Source: a virus (taxonomy: Duplodnaviria; Caudoviricetes). From it: a stretch of 27,346 bases of DNA. The notes under the pieces are model-generated. The model did no database searches, was not told the origin of the DNA, and saw only the letters and a program-made list of their open reading frames with translations. Of this stretch, positions 14,193-23,908 are shown in pieces (the stretch's first letter is position 1; each line of letters begins with the position of its first letter). The position numbers were made by a program, and so were the translations under genes. The stretch lies in IMG/VR virus record IMGVR_UViG_3300030095_006528, positions 1 to 27,346 of that record; one strand, given 5' to 3'.

Positions 14193-16467
14193 CGTCGCAT
14201 TAGTAGAGACGAAAAGAAGTCAAACTGACTATAAAAATTTATTTGAAAACAAAGTTGATTTTGATGTCTTTCAACTATGTTCTGATCCAAAGATCAAAAA
14301 AGTATTAAAAAGAGATGTCGATATTGAAATGAATCCAGATGAATATGACTGGGTCATACTTGTAGGCAGTGATGCCACAAAATACTATACCAAGATAACA
14401 TCAGTAACACAGTACACTGGAAAGGTATTAGACGGTAAGTTTTTACCTGTAATAAATCCTTCGATGCTTGCATTCAAACCAGAAGCAAAACCTGCGTGGG
14501 AAGAATCAAAAAAAAGTATTATACAGTATATTTCTGGTGAAAAGGAAGATGCTACTATAACATCTGAGATGGCAGTCGGCATACAGAATACGCAAGAAGC
14601 AAATGAATGGATACGCACTTGCATTAGTGCTAGGCCTCAGTATATTGGACTTGACTCAGAAACTACAGGACTATGGCCTAGAGATGGACATATTATTGGT
14701 ATTTCTTTGTCTTATGATGGAAAGAACGGTGTTTATATAGATACTGATTGTTTCGATGAAGAAACAGAAGTATTATTACAAACATTATTTGATCAGACAA
14801 TTGTAGTATTTCATAACTCTAAGTTTGATATTGCAATGTTTGAGTACCATTTTAACTTTAAGTTTCCACGATTTGAAGACACAATGCTACTACATTATCT
14901 CATAGACGAGAATCCAGGAAATCATGGTCTAAAACAATTAGCTATAAAGTATACTCCTTATGGCGATTATGAAAAGCCGATGTATGAGTGGATAGATGAT
15001 TATAGACGAAGGCATGGAATGGTAAAAGATCAATTTACTTGGGACATGATTCCTTTTGATGTAATGAAAACGTATGCTGCAATGGATGCAGTATGTACAT
15101 ATTTATTGTACGAAAAGTTTATAAAAATAAAACAAAACTTAAAACTTGCAAAAGTGTATGATGAGTTATTGATACCAGGAACAGAGTTCTTACTAGATGT
15201 ACAGGATAATGGTGTTCCCTTCGATCGTACTCGATTACTTGTTGCTCAAGAAGTAATGCAGGATGATATTGATAATGCAGTACAAGAGCTATACACTTTT
15301 CCAGAAGTAAAACAATTCGAGAAGATAAATGGAAAAGATTTTAATCCTAATAGCACTCTTCAGCTTCGTCAGCTTTTCTTTGACTTCCTTGGGCTTACGC
15401 CTACTGGCAAGAAAACAGGAACGGGAGCTGATAGTACCGATGCAGAATCATTGGAGCAACTGGCAACGCAATCGCCTGTTCCAAAGCTTATCATGGAAAT
15501 TCGTAAGAAGTCCAAGATCAAAAATACATACCTCGATAAGATTATACCACAGTTGGATAGAGATTCTTGCCTGCGCACAGGTTTTAACCTTCATGGCACT
15601 ACTAGTGGTAGGCTTTCTTCTAGTGGTAAACTTAATATGCAACAGCTTCCTAGGGATAACCCTATTGTAAAAGGTTGTATCAAAGCAAGAAAAGGTCACA
15701 AGATTGTGGCAATGGATTTAACAACTGCAGAAGTTTATGTTGCTGCAGTACTCGCGCAAGACAAAGCTCTGCAAGAAGTCTTTCAGTCAGGAGGAAACTT
15801 TCATAGTACAATTGCTAAGAAAGTATTTAAACTACCCTGCGCTGTTGAAGATGTAGCAGAACTATACACAGATAGACGACAGGCTGCCAAAGCAGTAACA
15901 TTCGGTATTATGTATGGAGCTGGTCCTGCAAAAATCAGTGAACAAGTTACAAAAGATTCGGGAAAACTATTTAGTAAGAAAGAGGCTTCTGAAGTAATTA
16001 ATGAGTATTTTAGTACTTTCCATAAGTTAAAGTCATGGATTGAAAAAAACCAAAATTTCATTAAGCAGAATGGATTTGTTTACAGTTACTTTGGAAGAAA
16101 AAGGAGATTACCAAATGTCAAAAGCACAGACAAAGGCGTCGCGAGTCATAGCATTCGTTCTGGTCTCAACTTTCTGGTACAGTCCAGTGCTTCTGACATT
16201 AATTTATTTGGTGCCATCGAAATGAATCGTTGGATTAAGAATAATAATTCTAAAGCTAGAATATTTGCTTTAGTACATGATTCAATTCTTGCGGAAGTTC
16301 CAGATGAAGAAGTGGGCACATACTCTTCAATGCTACAAGAATATGTACAAAGAGACAGAGGGTTAAGTATACCAGGAGCAGCAATAGGTTGTGACTTTGA
16401 AGTCGGAGATGACTACTCGATGGGTAAGTTCGAAAAAGAATATGGTAGTTACTTTTCGAACAATTAA
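14185..16467 (+). CDS. pol: Family A DNA polymerase with 3'-5' exonuclease
   Basis: ExoI DSET, ExoII HNSKFD, ExoIII YAAMDA; TSGRLSS; motif A DLTTAE; motif B RQAAKAVTFGIMYG; motif C VHDS. Confidence 0.97.
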   Translation: MPNVALVETKRSQTDYKNLFENKVDFDVFQLCSDPKIKKVLKRDVDIEMNPDEYDWVILVGSDATKYYTKITSVTQYTGKVLDGKFLPVINPSMLAFKPEAKPAWEESKKSIIQYISGEKEDATITSEMAVGIQNTQEANEWIRTCISARPQYIGLDSETTGLWPRDGHIIGISLSYDGKNGVYIDTDCFDEETEVLLQTLFDQTIVVFHNSKFDIAMFEYHFNFKFPRFEDTMLLHYLIDENPGNHGLKQLAIKYTPYGDYEKPMYEWIDDYRRRHGMVKDQFTWDMIPFDVMKTYAAMDAVCTYLLYEKFIKIKQNLKLAKVYDELLIPGTEFLLDVQDNGVPFDRTRLLVAQEVMQDDIDNAVQELYTFPEVKQFEKINGKDFNPNSTLQLRQLFFDFLGLTPTGKKTGTGADSTDAESLEQLATQSPVPKLIMEIRKKSKIKNTYLDKIIPQLDRDSCLRTGFNLHGTTSGRLSSSGKLNMQQLPRDNPIVKGCIKARKGHKIVAMDLTTAEVYVAAVLAQDKALQEVFQSGGNFHSTIAKKVFKLPCAVEDVAELYTDRRQAAKAVTFGIMYGAGPAKISEQVTKDSGKLFSKKEASEVINEYFSTFHKLKSWIEKNQNFIKQNGFVYSYFGRKRRLPNVKSTDKGVASHSIRSGLNFLVQSSASDINLFGAIEMNRWIKNNNSKARIFALVHDSILAEVPDEEVGTYSSMLQEYVQRDRGLSIPGAAIGCDFEVGDDYSMGKFEKEYGSYFSNN

Positions 16468-16936
16468 TAAAATTACTTTTCCTGTCTTTGTGTTAGGATC
16501 AGATAACTGGAGCACGCAGGATGGCTTAGTATATTTAGACGGACTGTTGCTTGACGATAAAAATATAGTAGCAAATACTCTTGGAAAAAGAAGATTACTT
16601 ACTCCTTTTAAAAACTTATATCAGTTAAAAAGAGGAGTAATTAATCATACAGGAATATTAAAACAAGCTAGAAATAGTTTTATAGATAGTAAAGGAGTAT
16701 TATTTACATACGAAAAAACAAAGTATGTACAACTATTGTACAGAAAAATAAAAGAAATAAAGAAAAAAGATAATTCTTCTTTATTGTTTATTGATAAGTG
16801 CAGAGTGCCTTTTACTATACCTCGCCCTCCAGAAGAAGGAATGCTTTATGCTGGAGTTTTATATTTATACGAGCAGCCTTGGTTATTGTACGAATACTCG
16901 GCTACAAAGCTCAAGGATACCAAGAGAAAAATTTAA
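16442..16936 (+). CDS. Conserved hypothetical protein downstream of pol
   Basis: Basic 164-aa ORF overlapping the end of pol, in a T5-like position. Confidence 0.78.
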   Translation: MVVTFRTINKITFPVFVLGSDNWSTQDGLVYLDGLLLDDKNIVANTLGKRRLLTPFKNLYQLKRGVINHTGILKQARNSFIDSKGVLFTYEKTKYVQLLYRKIKEIKKKDNSSLLFIDKCRVPFTIPRPPEEGMLYAGVLYLYEQPWLLYEYSATKLKDTKRKI

Positions 16937-17592
16937 TGGGAAAACGATCAAAAACCATCAATGGATCTGGGTTAGAAATATCAGAAATAGACGCATTAAC
17001 AAAACAGCAATTATGTGCATTTGAATCAGAAAAAAATTTAGTGCTCTACGGGTGTGCAGGAACAGGTAAAACTTTTGTTGGTTGTTATCTTGGATATGAT
17101 GACATGGCAAAAGGTCTTTATGAGAAACTTATTATCATAAGAAGTGCAGTTCCTACAAGAGACATTGGATTTCTGCCGGGAACATTAGCAGAAAAAACAT
17201 CTGTGTATGAAGAACCTTATAAAGATATTGCTACAGATATATTTCAACGCGGAGACGCATACCAAATACTCAAAACAAAAAACCTAGTACATTTTATGAC
17301 AACTTCATATCTTCGTGGAATTACACTAAGAGACGCAGTGATAGTAATTGATGAATGTCAGAATATGACGTTTCATGAGTTGGATTCTTTGATTACGAGA
17401 GTTGGTAGAAATTGTAGAATAATTTTCAGTGGAGACTTTAGTCAGTCTGATTTAAAAACAAATGGAATGGGAGATTTTCTAGCAATTCTTGAGTATATGC
17501 AAGAGTTTGACTTTATTGAGTTTGGAGTAAAAGACGTAGTACGAAGTGAATTTGTTAAAAATTATATAATTGCAAAAGAAACTCTTTCATGA
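16936..17592 (+). CDS. phoH: PhoH-family ATPase
   Basis: GCAGTGKT, RSAVPTRDIGFLPG, YLRGITL, VIDECQN, GDFSQSD, DVVRS; TAATG-coupled start at 16936. Confidence 0.95.
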   Translation: MGKRSKTINGSGLEISEIDALTKQQLCAFESEKNLVLYGCAGTGKTFVGCYLGYDDMAKGLYEKLIIIRSAVPTRDIGFLPGTLAEKTSVYEEPYKDIATDIFQRGDAYQILKTKNLVHFMTTSYLRGITLRDAVIVIDECQNMTFHELDSLITRVGRNCRIIFSGDFSQSDLKTNGMGDFLAILEYMQEFDFIEFGVKDVVRSEFVKNYIIAKETLS

Positions 17593-18872
17593 AAGCAGTA
17601 ATTAGTAATCGTATTTATCTACAGTGTACTGCGTCAATGAAACAAAGCATTGATAAAGAACTCACCTATTTAATTCCTAGTCACAATCCTGCTGATCCAC
17701 CGCAGGTGATATCAAATATGGCAGTGATTCGTGAGGATTTAATTTCGATACCGATTGGTAGAATTGATTTAATCCCCAAAAATTATTTTATAGTAGACAA
17801 ACGAACAACTGTTCCTGTAGAATTTCCAGAGTTTAAATACAAACTACGACCGAGTCAACAAGAAGTTTATGATGTTATTGATGATAATGCAATTATTAAT
17901 GCGTGGGTTAGTTGGGGTAAAACTTTTACTGGATTAGCGATTGCAGGTAAGCTCGGACAAAAAACATTAATCATTACACATACAATACCGCTACGAAATC
18001 AATGGGCAAAAGAAGTGGAGAAGGTATATGGAATTAAAAGTGGGATTATTGGGAGTGGTATGTGGAATACTGATAGCCCTATTGTTGTTGGGAATACTCA
18101 AACTTTGTATCGTAATATTCCTAAGATACGAAAAGAGTTTGGAACAATCATCCTCGACGAAATGCATCATGTTAGCAGCCCTACCTTTAATCGCGTTATT
18201 GATGCTTGCTATTCTCGATACAAAATCGGTTTATCTGGAACTATTGAGCGAAAAGATGGGAAACACGTTGTATTTCGCGATTATTTTGGTTCCACTGTCT
18301 TAAAACCGCCAAAAGAAAACTATATGACTCCTACAATTCACATTGTACCCTCAGACATACGTTTTATGGATGGAAGCAAAATACCGTGGGCAAATAAAGT
18401 TACAAATCTAGCAACAAATGACGAGTATAAGCACAGTGTTGCTATGCTGTCAGCCGCCTACGCGGCAAGAGGGCACAAAGTATTAGTAGTCAGCGATAGA
18501 GTAAGTTTTCTAAAACAATGTGCAGAGTTGACTGGAGATAAAGCAGTTTGTGTTACGGGAGAAGTGCCCCATGAAGAGCGTGAAGCACTTTTAAATGAAA
18601 TTACATACGGAGATAAAAATGTACTGTATGGTACTCAATCTATCTTCTCAGAAGGTATTTCACTGGATAGCTTGAGCTGTCTTATACTTGGAACACCTAT
18701 TAACAATGAGCCCTTGCTCACACAGCTCGTCGGTCGAGTGATTCGAGAGAAAGAAGGTAAAGTTAGCCCCGTAATTCTTGACATACATCTTAAAGGAAAT
18801 ACTGCTACAAGACAGGCCTCTAATCGTATGGGATACTATATGAAACAGGGCTGGGAGACAAGGTACATTTAA
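17589..18872 (+). CDS. D10: SF2 DEXH helicase (T5 D10 / UvsW-like)
   Basis: LRPSQ Q-motif, SWGKT, DEMH, GLSGT, FSEGIS, QLVGRVIR. Confidence 0.92.
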   Translation: MKAVISNRIYLQCTASMKQSIDKELTYLIPSHNPADPPQVISNMAVIREDLISIPIGRIDLIPKNYFIVDKRTTVPVEFPEFKYKLRPSQQEVYDVIDDNAIINAWVSWGKTFTGLAIAGKLGQKTLIITHTIPLRNQWAKEVEKVYGIKSGIIGSGMWNTDSPIVVGNTQTLYRNIPKIRKEFGTIILDEMHHVSSPTFNRVIDACYSRYKIGLSGTIERKDGKHVVFRDYFGSTVLKPPKENYMTPTIHIVPSDIRFMDGSKIPWANKVTNLATNDEYKHSVAMLSAAYAARGHKVLVVSDRVSFLKQCAELTGDKAVCVTGEVPHEEREALLNEITYGDKNVLYGTQSIFSEGISLDSLSCLILGTPINNEPLLTQLVGRVIREKEGKVSPVILDIHLKGNTATRQASNRMGYYMKQGWETRYI

Positions 18873-18882
18873 AAAATACTTC

Positions 18883-18912
18883 TTGACAAAGATGATGAAA
18901 TTTTGGTATAAT
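18883..18912 (+). promoter_or_regulatory. Sigma70-type promoter P6 (extended -10)
   Basis: TTGACA (18883-18888), 18-nt spacer, TG-G-TATAAT (TATAAT at 18907-18912). Confidence 0.85.
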
Positions 18913-18914
18913 AT

Positions 18915-19316
18915 ATGTTATTATTTGACTGGGGAAAAGTTTACAGAACGGCAGAAGGTAATATTAGAAATTGCAATTTAATTATGCAAATGATAATCGC
19001 AAAGCAAGTGCCTCGAAGTAAAAAAGATCCAATCTACAAGTATTCTGCAATAAATTTTCGAGGTGACAGCTTTTTAGTTCACCCCGATATGTTATTGCTT
19101 AATGCTTTTCGCTATGATTATAGAGATATTGCAATTTATTACTCTCTTGCATCTATTCGAAGTTTAGCAGAATACTTTAATACGCAAAAAGTGACGCTGG
19201 ATTTACAACATGTTCCAGTTGAACTTGATTTAATTAACGACAACAGACTACTTCATATTGAAGAAAATGGTATACATTTTAAATATGAAGAAGTTAATCC
19301 AATGGAGATACACTAA
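18915..19316 (+). CDS. Hypothetical protein upstream of D11
   Basis: 133-aa ORF, TAATG-coupled to D11. Confidence 0.75.
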   Translation: MLLFDWGKVYRTAEGNIRNCNLIMQMIIAKQVPRSKKDPIYKYSAINFRGDSFLVHPDMLLLNAFRYDYRDIAIYYSLASIRSLAEYFNTQKVTLDLQHVPVELDLINDNRLLHIEENGIHFKYEEVNPMEIH

Positions 19317-19933
19317 TGGCTATAAAATTTAATCAACACAAGGGCTCTGCCCAAAAAAATTCCATCAGCAGTTTTCAATACCGCGATGGAGACAATCAGT
19401 TTCGTCTTGTAGGAGATATTCTTGCAAGATATGTATACTGGATAAAGGGCGAGAATGAGAAGGATATTCCTTTAGAATGTCTTTCTTTCGACAGAAACCT
19501 TGAGACTTTTAATAATAAAGACAAAGATTGGGTACGTGAATACTATCCTGATCTAAAATGTGGTTGGAGCTACGCAACTCAATGCATCGATAACGGTGTT
19601 GTAAAAGTTGTAAATCTAAAGAAAAAGCTTTGGGAGCAGATTATCACTGCTGCAGAAGATTTAGGTGATCCAACCGATCCCGAAACTGGCTGGGATGTAA
19701 AGTTCAAGCGAGTAAAAACTGGTCCTCTTCCATACAATGTAGAGTATCAGTTGCAAGTGCTAAAATGCAAGCACAGAGAGTTAGATGAAACAGAAAAAGA
19801 GTTAGTCTCTGAGTTGAAATCTATGGACGATGTTATGCCTCGCCCAACTCCTGATGCACAAAAAGAGTTGCTCGATCGTGTACGAGGAAGCAGCGCAAAT
19901 GTTGATGAAGAACTAGAAGCAGAATTTGCATGA
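19316..19933 (+). CDS. D11: T5 D11-like putative ssDNA-binding protein
   Basis: FRLVGDILARYVYW, ECLSFDR, DLGDPTDPETGWD, acidic C-terminal tail; gene order. Confidence 0.85.
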   Translation: MAIKFNQHKGSAQKNSISSFQYRDGDNQFRLVGDILARYVYWIKGENEKDIPLECLSFDRNLETFNNKDKDWVREYYPDLKCGWSYATQCIDNGVVKVVNLKKKLWEQIITAAEDLGDPTDPETGWDVKFKRVKTGPLPYNVEYQLQVLKCKHRELDETEKELVSELKSMDDVMPRPTPDAQKELLDRVRGSSANVDEELEAEFA

Positions 19934-20895
19934 TTCTATTTACAGCTGACTGGCACATAAAGCTGGGGCAGAAAAATGTTCCAGTTAAGTGGGCCAAAGA
20001 ACGTTACTTAAAATTTTTTGATGACCTGTGGGAAATCGAACAAGTACGAAATATTCACCTACATATTGTAGGTGGAGATATATTTGATCGAATACCTACG
20101 ATGGAAGAGTTGGAGCTTTACTTTGAATGGGTAAAGTCTTGTAGTGTAAAAACTATTGTTTTTGACGGAAACCATGAAGCAACTCAAAAAAACAAAACAT
20201 TCTTTGATCAGCTGGCTGATGTTACTCATAACTTGAATAGCAAAGTAAAAGTTATAACTACACCAACCGTTTTTGATGAATATGGTATGGGAATACTTCC
20301 ATACTGTCACTTACACAAAAAAGATTGGCATAACTTTTTTCCGAGCGATATTCCGATTTTTACTCATGTGCGCGGAGAGGTGCCTCCCCACGTTAAACCT
20401 GAAGTAGACCTTGATCTCTTCAATCGTTTTCCAGTGGTTTTTGCAGGTGATCTTCACGCACATAGTAATTGTCAGAGAAATATAGTGTATCCAGGTAGCC
20501 CAATGACTACTTCATTTCATCGAAACGAGGTTGAAACGGGCTACATTTTAATTAATAATACTAATTGGAACTGGAGTTGGCATAGTTTTGAGTTGCCTCA
20601 ACTTATAAGAAAAACAGTATCAAACCCAGCTGAGATGATTCCTACAGAGTATCATCATACAATCTACGAAGTAGAAGGTGATGTGCAGGAACTAGCAGCA
20701 GTAAAGAACTCTGATCTTCTTGACAAAAAAGTAGTAAAAAAGGCAAATGAAGCATCACTTATTCTCAATCCTGAGATGAGTTTGCATGAGGAACTCGAAG
20801 AGTATCTCAAGTATGTTTTACAAATACCTGAAGAAAAAATACCAGAAATTGTAGGAATATTTAATGATTACACTTCAAAATTTGAAATGGAGTAA
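19930..20895 (+). CDS. D12: Mre11/SbcD-like nuclease (T5 D12)
   Basis: ADWH, GGDIFD, GNHE, AGDLH, YPGSP metallophosphoesterase motifs. Confidence 0.92.
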   Translation: MILFTADWHIKLGQKNVPVKWAKERYLKFFDDLWEIEQVRNIHLHIVGGDIFDRIPTMEELELYFEWVKSCSVKTIVFDGNHEATQKNKTFFDQLADVTHNLNSKVKVITTPTVFDEYGMGILPYCHLHKKDWHNFFPSDIPIFTHVRGEVPPHVKPEVDLDLFNRFPVVFAGDLHAHSNCQRNIVYPGSPMTTSFHRNEVETGYILINNTNWNWSWHSFELPQLIRKTVSNPAEMIPTEYHHTIYEVEGDVQELAAVKNSDLLDKKVVKKANEASLILNPEMSLHEELEEYLKYVLQIPEEKIPEIVGIFNDYTSKFEME

Positions 20896-22660
20896 TTGTT
20901 TCAGTTATGGTGAGGGAAATGAACTAAAATTAGATTCGGACACTATCACACAGATTATTGGAACAAATGGAACAGGAAAGTCTTCAATACCTGTATTGAT
21001 TGAAGAAGTTTTATACAATAAAAATTCGAAAGGTATTAAGAAAGTTGATATAGCAAACCGATATATCAATAAGGGATACAGCATAGACCTATCTTTTTTG
21101 AAAGATGGGTCTTTGTATCAGATAATGGTAAATCGAAAGGCATCGATTAAATTAACTTTACTAAAAGACGGAGTTGATATATCGAGTCATACTGCAACAA
21201 ACACCTATAAAACTCTGCAAGGTATTATAGGAATGGACTTTAAAACTTTCTCACAAGTAGTATATCAAAGTCCTAGCAGTAGTTTGCAATTTTTAACTGC
21301 AACTGATACAAATCGAAAAAAGTTTCTAATTGATTTACTTAACCTAGAAAAATATGTAAGTATATACGATATATTTAAAGAGGCTCACAAAGAGCAGACA
21401 GTTAAAGGTGCAACTGTTTCGGGCAAGTTGGCAACAGTAGTAAAATGGTTAGAAAACAATATTTTGGAAGATACTATCATAGTGCCAATGTTAAATTTAG
21501 AAATTGATACATCTAAAGATGAAGAAGTATTGAGTTCTTTGATGGCAGAACTTGAAAATATTTCCGAAAAAAATAAAAAAATTCTTAAAAATAATCAGTA
21601 TCGACATATGCTCGAATCCATTGATATTCAAGAATTACAAAGTAATACTTCAAAGTATACAGACTATGGAGATATACTTTCTCTCTCTGGAGAATGTGAA
21701 GCTGAGATAAAAAGAGAAAAAGCAATAGTAAATAAATTAACAAATCTTGCGCAGGAATGTCCAACTTGTAATCAAACAATTAGTAAAACTTTAAAACAAT
21801 CTATGATTACAGAAGCTGCAACAAAAGTAAAAATAGCAGAAGGAGTACGAAATGACCTCAGAAAACGAATCGAATCCATTGAAGCTGAGAACGCAGAGTA
21901 TAAAAGAGTCAAAGATAGTATCAAGAACTGGGAAGATTTGTATAGAAGTATTGACAGCAAGTTACCAAAGAATACTATGGACAAACACGAGCTTGAAAGC
22001 CGCATTGTCTCTATTCGGAGCAACTTACAAGAGCGAAAAAGAGAAATATCTAGAATCTCTCGAGAAAACGAAGAGCGAACTCGAAGAAACACCAGAATCC
22101 AAATAATCAAAGAACAGCAGGATGGATTTAAAAAAGAAAAAATTGAATATGAAACTCTGCAAGAAAAGCAGAAAAAGATTGAAACAAATCTTGATATTCT
22201 AAAAAAATCATTTAGTACAAATGGACTTGTTGCATACAAGATTGAAAACCTAATAAAAGAGTTAGAAAATCTTACCAACAAATATTTAGGAGAATTATCA
22301 GATGGACGTTTTACATTGGAATTTATTGTATCAAATGACAAACTTAACGTTCAAGTTACCGATAACGGGAATATTGTAGATATTTTGGCTTTATCTAGTG
22401 GTGAACTTGCTAGAGTCAACACAGCAACACTAATTGCTATTCGTAAGCTAATGAGTAGTATTTCAAAGTCTAAAATAAATATATTATTTCTTGATGAAGT
22501 AACGAATGTATTAGATGCAGAAGGAAGAGAAAAACTCGTAGAAGTTTTACGAGAAGAAGAAAACTTGAATACTTTTATGGTATCTCATGGGTGGACACAT
22601 CCTTTATTGAGTAAAGTAGAAGTAAAGAAAGAAGGAAATGTGAGTACGATAGAGTGGTAG
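20864..22660 (+). CDS. D13: Rad50/SbcC-like ATPase (T5 D13)
   Basis: GTNGTGKS, coiled coil with zinc hook CPTC, LSSGE, LFLDE, VSH. Confidence 0.93.
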   Translation: MITLQNLKWSNCFSYGEGNELKLDSDTITQIIGTNGTGKSSIPVLIEEVLYNKNSKGIKKVDIANRYINKGYSIDLSFLKDGSLYQIMVNRKASIKLTLLKDGVDISSHTATNTYKTLQGIIGMDFKTFSQVVYQSPSSSLQFLTATDTNRKKFLIDLLNLEKYVSIYDIFKEAHKEQTVKGATVSGKLATVVKWLENNILEDTIIVPMLNLEIDTSKDEEVLSSLMAELENISEKNKKILKNNQYRHMLESIDIQELQSNTSKYTDYGDILSLSGECEAEIKREKAIVNKLTNLAQECPTCNQTISKTLKQSMITEAATKVKIAEGVRNDLRKRIESIEAENAEYKRVKDSIKNWEDLYRSIDSKLPKNTMDKHELESRIVSIRSNLQERKREISRISRENEERTRRNTRIQIIKEQQDGFKKEKIEYETLQEKQKKIETNLDILKKSFSTNGLVAYKIENLIKELENLTNKYLGELSDGRFTLEFIVSNDKLNVQVTDNGNIVDILALSSGELARVNTATLIAIRKLMSSISKSKINILFLDEVTNVLDAEGREKLVEVLREEENLNTFMVSHGWTHPLLSKVEVKKEGNVSTIEW

Positions 22661-23100
22661 ATTCAAGAGCAAAGGGTGCACGAGGCGAGTATTTAGTTAG
22701 AGATATGCTTCGAGAGTATACGAAGTTAAACTTTGAAAGAGTGCCTTCGTCTGGTGCGCTTGATTATTTAAAGGGAGATATTTATGTACCAAACTCACGT
22801 AATTATTTTTGCATAGAAGTAAAAAATTACAAAGACTCTCCCTTGAGTGATAAGATATTTACACAACCGAAGACGAACAATATCATTCGGTGGTGGAAAA
22901 AGTTAATTGTACAGGCTGAAGGAGGTAATCAAAAACCGTTACTTTTCTTCAAGTACGATCGCTCAAAAATATTTGTGTGTACAGAAATGGAACCACAAAA
23001 CACAGAGCAATATATGTACTTAAAATTTTTAAATTGTTATATATTGCTAGCAGAAGAATGGTTAGATAAAGAAACAGTGGAATTTGCGAATGGCTTTTAG
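22654..23100 (+). CDS. D14: PD-(D/E)xK nuclease, Holliday junction resolvase-like (T5 D14)
   Basis: SRAKGARGE, RVPSSGA, KGDI, IEVKNY; GTG start. Confidence 0.87.
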   Translation: MVDSRAKGARGEYLVRDMLREYTKLNFERVPSSGALDYLKGDIYVPNSRNYFCIEVKNYKDSPLSDKIFTQPKTNNIIRWWKKLIVQAEGGNQKPLLFFKYDRSKIFVCTEMEPQNTEQYMYLKFLNCYILLAEEWLDKETVEFANGF

Positions 23101-23908
23101 TTTTAAAGATATAAAAAACACATTAGTTGTTGATGCACTAAATCTAGCATTTAGATGGAAGCATCAAGGAAAGACAAATTTTATTGCAGAATATGCAGCA
23201 ACTGTTTCTTCGTTAGCAAGCTCTTATAAATGTAATAGAATTATAATTACAGCCGATAAAGGCTCATCAAAGTACAGAAAAGAGATATTGCCAAGCTACA
23301 AACAGAATCGAAAAGATAAGTATGCAGAACAAAGCGAGGAAGAAGCAGAAGAGTTCAAAAAGTTTTTTGAAGAATACTCAAGAACACTAGAACATCTTTC
23401 TAGCATTGGACATACTCTTCTTCAGTTTGATGGCGTAGAAGCAGATGATTTAGCAGCACATTTAGTAAAAAATAAAACAGAATATGGTCTTGGAAATGTA
23501 GTATTAATTTCAAGCGATAGAGACTGGGATTTACTTATTCAGCCAGGTGTCATGAGATTTTCTTATGTCACTCGAAAAGAAATCACAGTGGACAATTGGA
23601 GCGATCACTATGACGTTCCGCAAGAAAAGTACGCAGACTATAAATGTCTAATCGGAGATAAAGGCGATAATATTCCAGGAATACGTGGTATTGGTCCAAA
23701 ACGAGCAGTAGGTCTCTTAGATGAATATGGAACTGCATATGATATTTTTGATAATATTCCCATAGAAGGAAAGTACAAGTATATAGAAGAATTAAATGGA
23801 AATCCTGAGCGAATATTACAAAATTATGAGCTTATGGACTTATTAACATATTGTAATGAAGCAATAGGTATGGATAATATATCCATGATTGAGGAGACAA
23901 TGAAGTAA
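23090..23908 (+). CDS. D15: 5'-3' exonuclease / flap endonuclease (T5 D15)
   Basis: VVDALNLAFRWKH, YKQNR, GVEADD, SSDRDWD, GDKGDNIPGIRGIGPKRA. Confidence 0.95.
   Translation: MAFSFKDIKNTLVVDALNLAFRWKHQGKTNFIAEYAATVSSLASSYKCNRIIITADKGSSKYRKEILPSYKQNRKDKYAEQSEEEAEEFKKFFEEYSRTLEHLSSIGHTLLQFDGVEADDLAAHLVKNKTEYGLGNVVLISSDRDWDLLIQPGVMRFSYVTRKEITVDNWSDHYDVPQEKYADYKCLIGDKGDNIPGIRGIGPKRAVGLLDEYGTAYDIFDNIPIEGKYKYIEELNGNPERILQNYELMDLLTYCNEAIGMDNISMIEETMK

Noticed and set aside
18772-18812. TAATTCTTGACA promoter-like motif inside D10
   Set aside because: No TATAAT-like -10 at 16-18 nt; explained by codons for ILD. The similar site near 20720 fails the same way
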